A stretch of 59,939 nt of DNA from Acetobacteraceae bacterium (lineage in GTDB: Bacteria; Pseudomonadota; Alphaproteobacteria; Acetobacterales; Acetobacteraceae), in NCBI GenBank assembly GCA_044225615.1, contig JBGAIK010000002.1, forward strand, positions 1 through 59,939. The letters run 5' to 3'. Below are positions 32,921-42,988 of the stretch, piece after piece (within the stretch, counting starts at the first letter, position 1; every line of letters begins with the position of its first letter). The notes under the pieces were generated by a model. The model made no database searches. It was not told the DNA's origin and was given only the letters and a program-made list of their open reading frames with translations. Made by a program: the position numbers and the translations under genes.

Positions 32921-33484
32921 ATGGCTGATGCGAAATTCGACATGCTTGCGCTCTCGGGCAGCCTGCGGAAGGGGAGCTTCAACGCTGCCCTGCTGCGCTG
33001 CGCGCAGGAGATGGCGCCCGACGACGTTGCCATCGAGACCTACGACTACAGCGACATCCCGCTGTACAACGGCGACGTCGAGGCGGCCGGTTTTCCGGCC
33101 AGCGTGGTGCGGCTGAAGGAGCGGATCAGCAAGGCGGATGCCGTGCTGTTCGCGGTGCCGGAATACAACTACTCGTTCCCGGGCGTGCTGAAGAACATGG
33201 TGGACTGGTGCTCCCGCCCCTATGGCAAGGGCGTGTGGGGCGGCCGCGGGGCGGCACTGGTCAGCACCGGCGGCGGGCTGGGCGGCGCGCGGGCGCAGTA
33301 TCACTTCCGCCAGGTGCTGGTCAGCCAGGGCATGCACGTGCTGCACGCGCCCGAGGTGTTCGTGGCCAACGCCGCGACCAAGTTCGACGCCGACGGCCGG
33401 CTGACCGACGACGTGGCGCGCGGGCTGATCGGCCAGGTGGTGGCGAAGCTGCGCGACCTGTCGCGGAAGATGGCTGCCGCCTAG
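32921..33484 (+). CDS. NADPH-dependent FMN reductase family oxidoreductase
   Basis: MLALSGSLRKGSFN...LFAVPEYNYSFPGVLKNMVDW. 187 aa. Confidence 0.85.
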   Translation: MADAKFDMLALSGSLRKGSFNAALLRCAQEMAPDDVAIETYDYSDIPLYNGDVEAAGFPASVVRLKERISKADAVLFAVPEYNYSFPGVLKNMVDWCSRPYGKGVWGGRGAALVSTGGGLGGARAQYHFRQVLVSQGMHVLHAPEVFVANAATKFDADGRLTDDVARGLIGQVVAKLRDLSRKMAAA

Positions 33485-34657
33485 GTGGTCGCCAACCGCT
33501 GGGCCTATCTCGCGCTGCTCTCGGTCATCCGGGTGGCGATGGGGGTGCAGTTCCAGGCGGTGGCGACGGCCGGTCCGGCGATCCGCGACGAGCTGGGGCT
33601 GGACTACGCGGCGCTGGGGGCGATCACCGGATCCTACCTGATCCTGGGGACGTTCCTGGCGCTGCCGGCCGGCTGGCTCAGCACGCGGTTCGGCGACCGG
33701 CGCATCCTGCTGGGCGGGCTGGCGTTGATGGTGGCCGGCGGCATCGGGCTGGGGCTGGCGCCGGGCTTCGCGTCCGCGCTCGGGTTCCGGCTGCTGTCGG
33801 GGACCGGTGCGGTGGCGCTGTCGATCGTGGTGACGAAGCTCGCGATGGACCGGTTCCAGGACGAGCAGCTTGGCACGGCGATGGGCGTGCTGCTCGGCGC
33901 CTGGCCGCTCGGCATCGCCGGGGCCTCGCTGCTGCTGCCCCATGCGGTGGCGGCGGTCGGCTGGCGGGCGGTGATGCTGGGCACGGCCGGCGCCTGCGCC
34001 GGGTTCATGGTGCTGGCGGCGATGGCGGTGCCGCAGGCGCGGCGTGCCGTGGCGGGCGCCGGCGGGATGAGCGGGCGGGTGATCGCCGCCGTTTCGGCGG
34101 CGGGTATGATCTGGGTGCTGGCCAATGCCGGCTACCTGATCCTGCTCGGCTTCGCGCCCGACTATTTCGTGGAGAAGGGGGTATCCCTGGCAACCGCCGG
34201 GGCGGTGCTGAGCCTGGTGAGCCTGGCGACGATTCCGGTCGGCCCGCTGGGCGGCTGGCTGGGGCGGCGGTTCGGGCATGGGATGACGCTGGCATCGCTG
34301 TGCATGGCGCTGGTGTCGGCTTCGATTGCGGCGGTGCCGTGGGTCGGCGCCTCGGCGTGGTGGATGCTGGCGATGGGAGCCGTGCTGGGGCTGCCCTCGG
34401 GGCTGATGGTGGCGCTGCCCGCCCGGGTGCTGCCGCCGGAGGCGCGCGCGGTGGGCATGGGGCTGTTCTACAGCGTATTCTATGGCGGGGTGGGGCTGCT
34501 GTCGCCGTTCGCCGGCTGGGTGCGCGACGTGACCCAGGTGGCCGAGGCGCCGCTGTGGACCGCAGCCGCGCTGAACCTGCTCGCGGTGCCGGCGATCGGG
34601 GTGTTCCTGCTGCTGGAATCCGCAGTGTTGCGGGCTGAACCGCGGCGCCGGGCGTGA
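33485..34657 (+). CDS. MFS transporter
   Basis: 390-aa hydrophobic ORF with about 12 TM segments. GTG directly follows the upstream stop. Confidence 0.8.
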   Translation: MVANRWAYLALLSVIRVAMGVQFQAVATAGPAIRDELGLDYAALGAITGSYLILGTFLALPAGWLSTRFGDRRILLGGLALMVAGGIGLGLAPGFASALGFRLLSGTGAVALSIVVTKLAMDRFQDEQLGTAMGVLLGAWPLGIAGASLLLPHAVAAVGWRAVMLGTAGACAGFMVLAAMAVPQARRAVAGAGGMSGRVIAAVSAAGMIWVLANAGYLILLGFAPDYFVEKGVSLATAGAVLSLVSLATIPVGPLGGWLGRRFGHGMTLASLCMALVSASIAAVPWVGASAWWMLAMGAVLGLPSGLMVALPARVLPPEARAVGMGLFYSVFYGGVGLLSPFAGWVRDVTQVAEAPLWTAAALNLLAVPAIGVFLLLESAVLRAEPRRRA

Positions 34658-34695
34658 CATAACGGGCCAGACCCCGACCGAGGAGCGCCCGCGCG

Positions 34696-35781
34696 ATGGC
34701 CCATTCCGCTGCCAATCCCCTTTGGACCTGGATCGCGCCGCTGGGCGCGGTGCTGGTGCTGCTGGGCAAGGCGGCAGGGGTTCTGAACGCCGAATTTGCC
34801 CCGGTGCTGCTGCTGGCGGCGGCGTTCCTGGGGGCGGCGGTTTTCGCCGCCGTCCATCACGCCGAGGTGCTGGCGGCGCGGATCGGCGAGCCGATGGGCT
34901 CGATCCTGCTGGCGGTGGCGGTGACGGTGATCGAGGTGGCGCTGATCGTCTCGATCATGCTGTCGGATGCGCCGGGCAGCGAGATGGTCGCGCGGGACAC
35001 GGTGTTCGCCGCGGTGATGATCGTGCTGAACGGCATCGTCGGGCTGTGCCTGGTGCTGGGCGGGCGGCGGCATCACGAGCAGAGCTTCACCCTGCAGGGC
35101 GCGTCTGCGGCACTTGCGGTGCTGGGAACGCTGGCGGCGCTGGCGCTGGTGCTGCCGAACTTCACCACCTCCCGCGCCGGGCCGGTCTACACGCCGTTCC
35201 AGCTCGTCTACGTGGGCGCGGTGTCGCTGCTGCTGTATGGGATTTTCATCTTCACCCAGACGATCTCGCACCGGCATTATTTCCAGGCGGACCAGGAGAC
35301 GGCCGGGATGCCGGCGCTGCCGCGGCCGCGGGTGGTGGCGGCGAGTGCGGTGCTGCTGCCGGTGGCGCTGACCGGGGTGGTGCTGCTGGCCAAGCTGCTG
35401 TCGGTGCCGCTGGACGCCGCGGTGGTGGCGGCGGGTCTGCCGCGGGCCGTGGTGGGCGTGGCGATCGCGACCGTGGTGCTGCTGCCGGAGGGCATCGCCG
35501 CGGTGCGGGCGGCGGTGCAGAACCGGCTGCAGGCGAGCATGAACCTGGCCCTGGGATCGGCGCTGGCGAGCATCGGGCTGACCATCCCGGTGGTGGCGGT
35601 GGTGTCGCTGGCGATGCGGGAGGATCTGGCGCTCGGCCTTTCGCCGCAGGGGGTGGTGCTGCTGGTGCTGACGCTGTTCGTGAGCACGCTGACACTGGGC
35701 ACCGGGCGGACCACGCTGCTGCACGGGGCGATCCACCTGATTCTGTTCGGGGTGTTCCTGCTGCTGGCGGTGGTGCCGTAG
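34696..35781 (+). CDS. Ca2+/H+ antiporter (CaCA/ChaA family)
   Basis: 361 aa with two alpha-repeat regions (GSILLAVAVTVIEVALI and GSALASIGLTIPVV). Confidence 0.8.
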   Translation: MAHSAANPLWTWIAPLGAVLVLLGKAAGVLNAEFAPVLLLAAAFLGAAVFAAVHHAEVLAARIGEPMGSILLAVAVTVIEVALIVSIMLSDAPGSEMVARDTVFAAVMIVLNGIVGLCLVLGGRRHHEQSFTLQGASAALAVLGTLAALALVLPNFTTSRAGPVYTPFQLVYVGAVSLLLYGIFIFTQTISHRHYFQADQETAGMPALPRPRVVAASAVLLPVALTGVVLLAKLLSVPLDAAVVAAGLPRAVVGVAIATVVLLPEGIAAVRAAVQNRLQASMNLALGSALASIGLTIPVVAVVSLAMREDLALGLSPQGVVLLVLTLFVSTLTLGTGRTTLLHGAIHLILFGVFLLLAVVP

Positions 35782-35784
35782 GCA

Positions 35785-35862
35785 GGAAGAAGGCAGGTTG
35801 AACAAGGAGGCGGCGAGGCAGCGAGGATTTCTTCTCGCTGTCTCGCCGTCTCTTTGCAAAGC
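35785..35862. repeat. intergenic palindromic element, family copy 2
   Basis: aaggaggcggcgaggcagcgag (35804..35825) and ctcgctgtctcgccgtctcttt (35834..35855) form imperfect arms. It lies between convergent gene ends. Confidence 0.8.
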
Positions 35863-35866
35863 TGCG

Positions 35867-36880
35867 TTACTGCGCGGCGGCTTTGGCCTCGGCCTCGAGG
35901 GCGAGGCGGCAGACGGCGAAGCAATGGGCCTGGGTCATCGCCGTTTCGGTGCGGTCGCGGACGTCGGCGGCGAAGGCGCGGAAGCCGGGGATGGGGCGGC
36001 CTTCGCAGGGGATGTATTCGGTGCGGTCCTTGGTCACCAGGAACAGATGCTGGCCGCCGGGCCGGCCGGCGAGGTCGAGGTTCTTGCGCAGTTCGATCGA
36101 ACCCTCGGTGCCGACGATGAAGCAGCGGCCGTCGCCCCAGTCGGCCAGGCCATCGGGGGTGAACCAGTCGACGCGGACATAGCCGGTGGCGACGTCGTTG
36201 CGCAGGACCATCTCGCCGTAATCCTGGAAGTCGGCGACCGGGGTGCGTTCGGGAGCGACGCTGCGCGCGGCGGCATGGACGATCTCGGCGTCGGTGCGGC
36301 CGGTGAGGTTGAGGAACTGGTCGATCTGGTGGCTGCCGATGTCGACCAGCACGCCGCCGTTGGTCCTGGCACTCCAGAACCAGTCGGGGCGCAGTGCGCG
36401 GTTGAGGCGATGCGGGCTCATCGTCGTGGTCTGGACGAGGCGGCCGATCGCGCCGGCGCGGACCAGTTCGCGCGCCTTGTCGCTGGCCGGGGACAGGAAG
36501 CGCTCGCCGAAGCAGATGGCGAAGATGCGCCCGGTCGCGGCGACACAGGCTTCGACGGCGGCGAGGTCGGCGGCATTGGTGATGCCGGGCTTGTCGCTCA
36601 TGACGTCCTTGCCACGACGCATGGCGTCGATGGCGAGGGCCGCGCGCTCGTTGGGTATCGCGGCGGTGACGATGACCTGGATGGAGGGGTCGTCGAGGAT
36701 GCGGTCGCGCTCGGCGATGGCGGGCAGATCGGGAAAGCGCTTGCGGAATCCGGCGAGGACGATCTGGTTGGTGGTCTCGGGCCAGTAGCCGGCGCATTCC
36801 AGGCCGGCGTCGATCATGTACTGGGTGAGCTCGTAGACGTGGCGGTGGTCGAGGCCGATGACGGCGAAGCGCTGGGGCAT
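35867..36880 (-). CDS. Gfo/Idh/MocA family oxidoreductase
   Basis: MPQRFAVIGLDHRHVY N-terminal Rossmann fold with a C-terminal alpha/beta domain. ATG 36880 lies within ORF 35867..36934. Confidence 0.85.
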   Translation of the reverse strand: MPQRFAVIGLDHRHVYELTQYMIDAGLECAGYWPETTNQIVLAGFRKRFPDLPAIAERDRILDDPSIQVIVTAAIPNERAALAIDAMRRGKDVMSDKPGITNAADLAAVEACVAATGRIFAICFGERFLSPASDKARELVRAGAIGRLVQTTTMSPHRLNRALRPDWFWSARTNGGVLVDIGSHQIDQFLNLTGRTDAEIVHAAARSVAPERTPVADFQDYGEMVLRNDVATGYVRVDWFTPDGLADWGDGRCFIVGTEGSIELRKNLDLAGRPGGQHLFLVTKDRTEYIPCEGRPIPGFRAFAADVRDRTETAMTQAHCFAVCRLALEAEAKAAAQ

Positions 36881-36892
36881 CCTGGGGCTCCC

Positions 36893-37028
36893 TGGTTTTT
36901 TAAGAGTCTTCTTATTCTGAAGAAAAAGAAGCAAAAAGACTTTTATCCGTTATCCTTCGGGTGGCGATGCCTTAGCCTTAACGGATAGAAGTTTTTTGGT
37001 TCTTTTTTTCAAAAAAGAACAATCCTTC
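36893..37028. repeat. AT-rich conserved intergenic element, copy B
   Basis: See copy A. It has the same orientation and the same position (ending about 15 nt upstream of a minus-strand ATG, with RBS GGGAG). Confidence 0.9.
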
Positions 37029-37029
37029 C

Positions 37030-38178
37030 TTATGCCGCTTCCGGCTGCCAGGGCCGCCACCCCAGCGCATCCTGCCAGTCCGGCGCCAGCGTGTCGAAGC
37101 GCGCCAGCCGCAGCTGGGACAGGTTGGCGAAATCGCATTCGCCCGTGGTCGCAAGCTGCATGCAGGCGCGCCCCGAGGCGGGGGAAAGGCCGAAGCCGAC
37201 GCTGGACATGCTGGCGACGACGACGTTGCCGGGGTCGGGGATGCGGTCGAGGATCGGGCGCCCGTCGGGCGTGTTCTCGATCACGCCGGCCCAGCTGCGG
37301 ATCACGCGCGCATGCGCCACTTTCGGGAACAGCTCGAAGACGCGCTTGGCGACGGATTGCATGACCGGGGAGTTGACGGCGCGCGGCGTGCGGGAATCGG
37401 GCAGGTCGATCCATTCATGCGGGCCGCCGCCATAGGCGAGGTTGCCGCGCAGGGTCTGGCGGCCGTAGACGCCGTTGCCGTCGGCGCCGCCGTGGCGGAT
37501 CAGCGGCAGCGGCTCGGTGACGACCATCTCGGCGCGGGCGGCGACGACGGGGACCGACAGGCCGAGCTTCGCGCCGAGCTGGGCAGTGTGGGGGCCGGCG
37601 GCGAGGACGACGGCGTCGCAGCCGATGGTGCCCTGGTCGGTCTGCACCTCGGTGACGCGGCCGCCGGCGGTGGCGAAGCCGGTGACGGTGGTGTGCTGCT
37701 GGATGGTGCCGCCGAGATCCTGCACCGCCCAGGCATAGGCCTGCAGGGTGCGCTGCGGGTTGGCATGGCCGCCATAGCCGAGCAGCACGCCGCCGGCGGC
37801 GTGCTCGGAGACGAAGGGGATCAGCTCGCGGAGCGACTTGTTGTCGAGCTCCTCGGCGGTGAAGCCCTGGCCGCGGGCGATGTTGACGCCTTCGAGGATC
37901 AGGTCGAGCTGGGCGCGGCTGAGGCCGATGCGGATGCGCTGGCGCTGGTGCTCGGTGGGGTAGCCGAGCAGCTCGTCCATCATCGGCCAGAGGCGCTGTT
38001 CCTCGCGGAACAAGGGCGAGACGGCATGGGTGCAGCCGCCGCCGTTGCGGCCGGAGGCTTCCCAGCCGACGATGCCCTTCTCGATGACGGTGACCTGCAC
38101 CTTGGCCTCGTGGCGGAGCCAGAAGGCGGTGGACAGGCCGGTGGCGCCGCCGCCGATGACGGCCACATGGTAGGTCAT
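37030..38178 (-). CDS. FAD-dependent oxidoreductase, opine oxidase subunit B / sarcosine oxidase beta-like
   Basis: [19 protein letters not shown] dinucleotide fold in a DAO family protein. Intact at 382 aa and adjacent to the OoxA-like gene. Confidence 0.82.
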   Translation of the reverse strand: MTYHVAVIGGGATGLSTAFWLRHEAKVQVTVIEKGIVGWEASGRNGGGCTHAVSPLFREEQRLWPMMDELLGYPTEHQRQRIRIGLSRAQLDLILEGVNIARGQGFTAEELDNKSLRELIPFVSEHAAGGVLLGYGGHANPQRTLQAYAWAVQDLGGTIQQHTTVTGFATAGGRVTEVQTDQGTIGCDAVVLAAGPHTAQLGAKLGLSVPVVAARAEMVVTEPLPLIRHGGADGNGVYGRQTLRGNLAYGGGPHEWIDLPDSRTPRAVNSPVMQSVAKRVFELFPKVAHARVIRSWAGVIENTPDGRPILDRIPDPGNVVVASMSSVGFGLSPASGRACMQLATTGECDFANLSQLRLARFDTLAPDWQDALGWRPWQPEAA

Positions 38179-38204
38179 TGGGCAGGTTCTTTCGCTTGCA
38201 CAAC

Positions 38205-38240
38205 CCTCCCCCCGGCCCCCTCCCGCAACGGGAGGGGAGC
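38205..38240 (-). terminator. GC hairpin between the oxidase subunit genes
   Basis: cccctcccg-caac-gggagggg. It lies just downstream of the inferred TGA (38251) of the OoxA-like gene. Confidence 0.4.
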
Positions 38241-38250
38241 AGGAGGCGGT

Positions 38251-39748
38251 TCATTCGGTGACCTCGGCTTCCAGCGGGTTTCGTAGCGCAGGCCCTCGGG
38301 CACCGGCTCCCAGTGCGGCGTCCATTGCGCGGCGATGCCGAACCAGGCGGTCCAGTTCTCCTGCATCTCCGGCGATTCCTCGAAGGCGGCGAGGACGGAA
38401 AGGGCAGCGGGCGCAGCGGGGCGCGGTAGCTGGGCATGGGGACGCTGGCGGTGGCCTGGTTGCCGCTCATGGCCATCAGGGCCTGGACCTGCTCGCGGCA
38501 GCGGCGGCCCTGGCAGGGACCCATGCCGGCGCGGGTGAGGCGCTTGACCTGGTCCTGGTTGAGCGGGCCTTCGGCGGCGAGGCTGCGGAGGTCGCGGGGG
38601 GCGAATTTCTCCGGCTTGTAGGCGAGATAGCGCGGCGGGCGGACGCCGATGAGGTCATCGAGCGGGACTTCCTCGCAGCGGCAGATCGGCAGGTCGCCGG
38701 CAGTGGCATGGGCGGCGAGAAAGGCGCGGCGCCAGGGGTCGCGGTCGGGGCTGGGCTGGGTTGCGACCGGATCGGGCGGGGGGGCAGGCAGGCCGGCATC
38801 GCGGGCGGCGGCACGGGCGGCGTTGCGGCCGGCGGCTTCGGCGAGGCTCGGGTCGGCGATGGCGGCATCCGAGATGCCGGCGCAGTCGCCCGCGGCGTAG
38901 ATGCCGGGGCGGGAACAGCGGCCCTGCGCGTCGGTGGCCGGGACGAAGCCGCCGCGCGTGCCGTCGAAGACGGTGGTGCAGCCGAGCAGGTCGAACAGCT
39001 CCACCACCGGCACGACGTCGATGGCCTGGACGATGGTGTCGCACGGGATGGTCGGGCCGTCGGCGAGGGTGATCGACTCGACCTCGGCGCCGCCGACGCT
39101 GGCGATGCGGGTGGGCGGGGCGATGGTGGCGGCGACCGCGATGCCGGCGGCCTGCGCCTGGACGGCGACGGATTTCGCGGTGGCGCCGTCGCCGATGATG
39201 GCGATGCTTGTGCCGGTGAAGGCGCCGTAGAGCGACGTGGCGGCGGCGAAGCCGCGTGCGCCCATGACGCCGGGCGTGTCCCAGCCGGGGAAGGCGAGCG
39301 CCAGGTCGCGGGCACCGGCGGCGACGATCATGCGGTCGAAGCTGACGAACCAGGCGCGGGTCTCGTCGGCGAGCCCCAGCAGCGGCCTGGGCAGGGCCTT
39401 GCTGGTGGGGCCATCGACGAAGGCGCTCCAGGCGTAGTGTCCGAGGCGGACGTCCACGCCGGCATCGAAGGCGGCCTGCAGGCCGGGGCGGGCGGCGACG
39501 ATCTGCTCCAGCATGCGGGCCTGGTTCTGCGCGGCCGCGCCCATGCGCTCGCCGAACATCCAGGGCACGTCGATCCCGATGAGCGCGGGGGCGACCGGGT
39601 GCTCGTCCACCAGCATGGTGTGCAGGCCGAGGCGGGCGGCCTCCACGGCGGCGGCGATGCCGGCGGGGCCGGCGCCGATGACGACGAGGGGAACATGCTC
39701 CTCGACAGCGAAGGGCTTGTTGGCGATCGAGGTGGGATCGAGGGGCAT
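38251..39748 (-). pseudogene. FAD/NAD(P)-binding oxidoreductase with BFD-like [2Fe-2S] domain (opine oxidase subunit A-like), C-terminal frameshifts
   Basis: VVIGAGPAGIAAA, YAAGDCAG, ICRCEEV...GMGPCQGRRC. After ...SYRAPLRPL the reading LSVLAAFEESPEMQENWTAWFGIAAQWTPHWEPVPEGLRYE needs a shift near 38395. A plausible end ...LEAEVTE* (TGA 38251) needs another near 38275. Confidence 0.78.
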
Positions 39749-39866
39749 GCGGGCTCCCGGGCTGGCTGGCGGGATGGTGGGGCACGCGAAGAGCCAGCGC
39801 AACGGGCGGAGGGTGGCGCGGGACAGGCCGGGCGTAGACCGGCGCCACACGCAAGGAGCAACGACC

Positions 39867-41084
39867 ATGACCCGATTGCCCGATGCCTTCCGGAGGCTGG
39901 CCGGATCGAACCTGTCGGCCCAGCTCTCGGAGCAGGTGGCGCTGGCGGCCGCACCGCTGGTGGCGGTGCTGCTGCTGGGGGCGAGCGCGTCCGACACGGC
40001 CTGGCTGCAAGCGGCGCAGACGCTGCCCTTCCTGCTGCTGTCGCTGCCGGCGGGGGTGCTGGCGGACCGCGCGTCGCGCCGGCGGCTGATGGTGGCGGCG
40101 GAGGCGCTGCGGGCGGCGTCGCTGGCGGTGGTGCTCGTGCTGCTGCTTGCGGGCGGGCTGAGCCTGCCGGTGCTGGCGGGGCTGGGGTTCCTCGGCGCGG
40201 TGGGCACGGTGGCCTATTCGGTGGCGGCCCCGGCCCTGCTGCCGGCGCTGGTGGCGCGCGAGCGGCTGGCTTCGGCGAACGGCTGGCTGGAACTGGCGCG
40301 CAGCGCCGCCTTCGCCGCCGGGCCGGCGGTGGGTGGCGCGCTGGTCGGGTGGATGGGCGCGCCGGTGGCCTATGTGGTGGCCGCCGCGCTGTCGCTGTTC
40401 GCGGTGACGCGGCTGGCCGGCCTCCCCGAGCCGGCGCGGCCAGTGCCCGCGCGGCGGCATATCGGGCAGGAACTGGCCGAGGGCGCACGCTTCGTGGCCT
40501 CGCACACCCTGCTGCGGCCGATCCTGGTGACGGCGGTGTTCTTCAACACGGCCTGGTTCGTGCTGCTGGCGGTGTTCGTGCCCTATGCGCTGGCCCGGCT
40601 GGGGCTGGATGCGGCGGGGGTGGGCGTGACCATGGGCATCTACGGCGCCGGCATGGTGGCGGGCGCGCTGGCCGCGCCGCGGATCGCCCGGTTCGCAAGC
40701 TTCGGCGCGATGGTCGCGCTGGGACCGACCGCGGCGCTGGTGGGCGCGCTGCTGATGGCGGCGACGCTGGTGCTGCCCACCCCGGTACTGGCCGGGGCCG
40801 GGTTCTTCCTGTTCGGCGCCGGGCCGATCGTGTGGACCATCACCACCACCACGCTGCGCCAGGCGGTGGCACCGGCGGCGATGCTGGGGCGGGTGACGGC
40901 GGTGCTGGTCACGGCGACCGCAGGCGCCCGCCCGGTGGGGGCGGCAATCGGGGCGCTGGTGGCGGCGCGGTTCGGGGCGGAAGCGTGCCTGGTGGTGGCG
41001 GCGCTGGGGTTCCTGGTGCAGTTCCTCGTGATCGTGGCCTCCCCGGTGCCGCGGCTGGCGGCGCTGCCGGCGGCGGCGGGGTAG
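39867..41084 (+). CDS. MFS transporter (EntS/MFS_3-like)
   Basis: RBS AAGGAG then ATG 39867. 405 aa and about 12 TM segments. Motif LPAGVLADRASRRRLM. Confidence 0.82.
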   Translation: MTRLPDAFRRLAGSNLSAQLSEQVALAAAPLVAVLLLGASASDTAWLQAAQTLPFLLLSLPAGVLADRASRRRLMVAAEALRAASLAVVLVLLLAGGLSLPVLAGLGFLGAVGTVAYSVAAPALLPALVARERLASANGWLELARSAAFAAGPAVGGALVGWMGAPVAYVVAAALSLFAVTRLAGLPEPARPVPARRHIGQELAEGARFVASHTLLRPILVTAVFFNTAWFVLLAVFVPYALARLGLDAAGVGVTMGIYGAGMVAGALAAPRIARFASFGAMVALGPTAALVGALLMAATLVLPTPVLAGAGFFLFGAGPIVWTITTTTLRQAVAPAAMLGRVTAVLVTATAGARPVGAAIGALVAARFGAEACLVVAALGFLVQFLVIVASPVPRLAALPAAAG

Positions 41085-41201
41085 GAAGGAAGCAAGTCGT
41101 ATTCAGAAAGAGGCAGCGAGGCGGCGAGAAGGCAAGGCGAGGGTGATCCTTCGACTTCCTGCTCGCTGCCTCGCTGCCTCTTTGTGAATATTCTTCCTTT
41201 C
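41083..41201. repeat. intergenic palindromic element, family copy 3
   Basis: aaagaggcagcgaggcggcgag (41107..41128) and ctcgctgcctcgctgcctcttt (41162..41183) differ from complementarity at 1 position. Outer arms are ggaaggaag/cttcctttc. Confidence 0.85.
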
Positions 41202-41306
41202 TATGGACTGGCCCACAGCGCGGAATTGGACTGCGTGGCGCCGCCAGAGGGTTGCGGTGCCGGGCGGGAAGTGACGGAATTGGTGCGTCTTCGCGGAGTA
41301 TGCCCC

Positions 41307-42905
41307 ATGTCCTCGATCTCCCGCCGTGCGCTGATGGCTGGCGCTGCCGCCCTGCCTTTCGCCGCCCCCACGTCCAAGGGTTGGGCCGCGCCACGGCGTG
41401 GGGGGCGGCTGATCGTGGCGGCGGATTCGGAGCCGACCAACCTCAACCCGGCCATCATCGCCTCCAACGGCGTGTTCTTCGTCGCGAGCAAGGTGGTGGA
41501 GCCGCTGGCGGAGGCGTCCTACACCGGGAAGGACGGGTTGGCGCCGCGGCTCGCGACCTCGTGGCAGGGGGCGGCGGACGGAAAGTCCATCAGCTTCGCG
41601 CTGCGCCAGGGCGTGTCCTGGCATGACGGGAAGCCCTTCACGGCGGAGGACGTGGCGTTCTCGGCCATGGAGGTGTGGAAGAAGCTGCAGAACCTGGGGC
41701 GGGTGGTGTTCCGCGACCTGGAAGCCGTCGAGACGCCGGACGCGCATACGGCGGTGCTGCGGTTTGCCGCGCCGACGCCGCCCTCGCTGATCCGCAACGC
41801 GCTGCCGGCGCTGACCGCGGTGCTGCCGAAGCACGTGTTCGCCGGCACCGACATCATGAAGAACCCGGCCAACATGAAGCTGGTCGGCACCGGGCCGTTC
41901 ACCCACGCCGAATACAGGCCCGGCCAGTACACGCTGCTGAAGCGCAACCCGTCCTACTGGGGCAAGGACCAGCCGCTGCTCGACGAGATCCTGTTCAAGA
42001 CGCTGCCGGACCGGGCCGCGGCGGCCAACGCGCTGGAGGCGGAGGACATCCATCTGGCGGCGTTCTCCGCCGTGCCGCTGACCGATCTCGCGCGGATCGG
42101 CAAGGTGCCGGGGATCAAGGTCTATGCGAACGGCTACGAGGGGCTGACCTACCAGCTGGTGGTGGAGATCAACCACCGCCGCAAGGAGCTGGCGGACCCA
42201 CGGGTGCGGCAGGCGATCGCGCATGCGATCGACCGGGAGTTCGTGGTGAAGACGATCTTCCTGGGCTACGCCAAGGCCGCGACCGGGCCGGTGCCGAAAT
42301 ACGATGCGGCGTTCTACACGCCGGACGTGCCCGATCTGGGCTTCGACGTCGCCAAGGCCAACGCCCTGCTCGATGCGGCGGGGTATCCGCGCGGGGCGGA
42401 CGGCACGCGGATGAAGCTGCGGCTGCTGCCGGCGCCGTTCTTCAACGAGACGAAGCAGTTCGGCGACAACCTGCGCCAGGCGCGGGCCAAGGTGGGGATC
42501 GACGCGACCGTGGTGGCCAACGACACGCCGGCGCATCTGAAGGCGGTCTACACCGACCACGCTTTCGACCTCGCGGTGGGCAGCCCGGTGTATCGCGGCG
42601 ACCCGGCGATCTCGACCACGGTGCTGTTCCAGTCGGGCCTGCCGGCGGGGGTGCCGTTCGCCAACCAGTACGGCTATGCCAGCGCCGAGGTGGACGCGCT
42701 GATCGCGGCAGGGGCGCGCACGGTGGACGACGCCGAGCGGGCGAAGATCTACCGCGACTTCCAGAAGGCGGTGGTGCGGGACGTGGCGCTGATCAACGTG
42801 GCCGAGTTCAGCTTCACCACGGTGGCACGCGACAAGGTGGGCGGGGTGTCGAACAACCCGCGCTGGGCGACGTCCAACTGGGCGGATTGCTGGCTGGAGG
42901 GGTGA
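41307..42905 (+). CDS. ABC transporter substrate-binding protein, family 5 (peptide/opine/nickel)
   Basis: Tat-like signal MSSISRRALMAGAAALPF. SBP_bac_5 pattern (WHDGKPFTAEDV, GPFTHAEYRPGQY). Confidence 0.88.
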   Translation: MSSISRRALMAGAAALPFAAPTSKGWAAPRRGGRLIVAADSEPTNLNPAIIASNGVFFVASKVVEPLAEASYTGKDGLAPRLATSWQGAADGKSISFALRQGVSWHDGKPFTAEDVAFSAMEVWKKLQNLGRVVFRDLEAVETPDAHTAVLRFAAPTPPSLIRNALPALTAVLPKHVFAGTDIMKNPANMKLVGTGPFTHAEYRPGQYTLLKRNPSYWGKDQPLLDEILFKTLPDRAAAANALEAEDIHLAAFSAVPLTDLARIGKVPGIKVYANGYEGLTYQLVVEINHRRKELADPRVRQAIAHAIDREFVVKTIFLGYAKAATGPVPKYDAAFYTPDVPDLGFDVAKANALLDAAGYPRGADGTRMKLRLLPAPFFNETKQFGDNLRQARAKVGIDATVVANDTPAHLKAVYTDHAFDLAVGSPVYRGDPAISTTVLFQSGLPAGVPFANQYGYASAEVDALIAAGARTVDDAERAKIYRDFQKAVVRDVALINVAEFSFTTVARDKVGGVSNNPRWATSNWADCWLEG

Positions 42906-42988
42906 CGGGGTCCACGCCGGCCCCTGCCGTCCGGCCCCTGTGGTGAAGCGGCGCTTTCGCGTAGAATCACGCGCATGGACGCTCCGGC

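Noticed and set aside
32273-34660. 795-aa minus-strand ORF
   Set aside because: It is antisense to the FMN reductase and MFS genes and is an extreme Arg/Pro/His/Gln low-complexity translation.
38258-41146. 962-aa plus-strand ORF and the 930-aa minus-strand ORF 37415..40207
   Set aside because: Only the 38251..39748 minus-strand part carries OoxA-type motifs. The remainder is read-through into neighbouring genes or antisense frames, and the plus-strand MFS gene explains 39867..41084.
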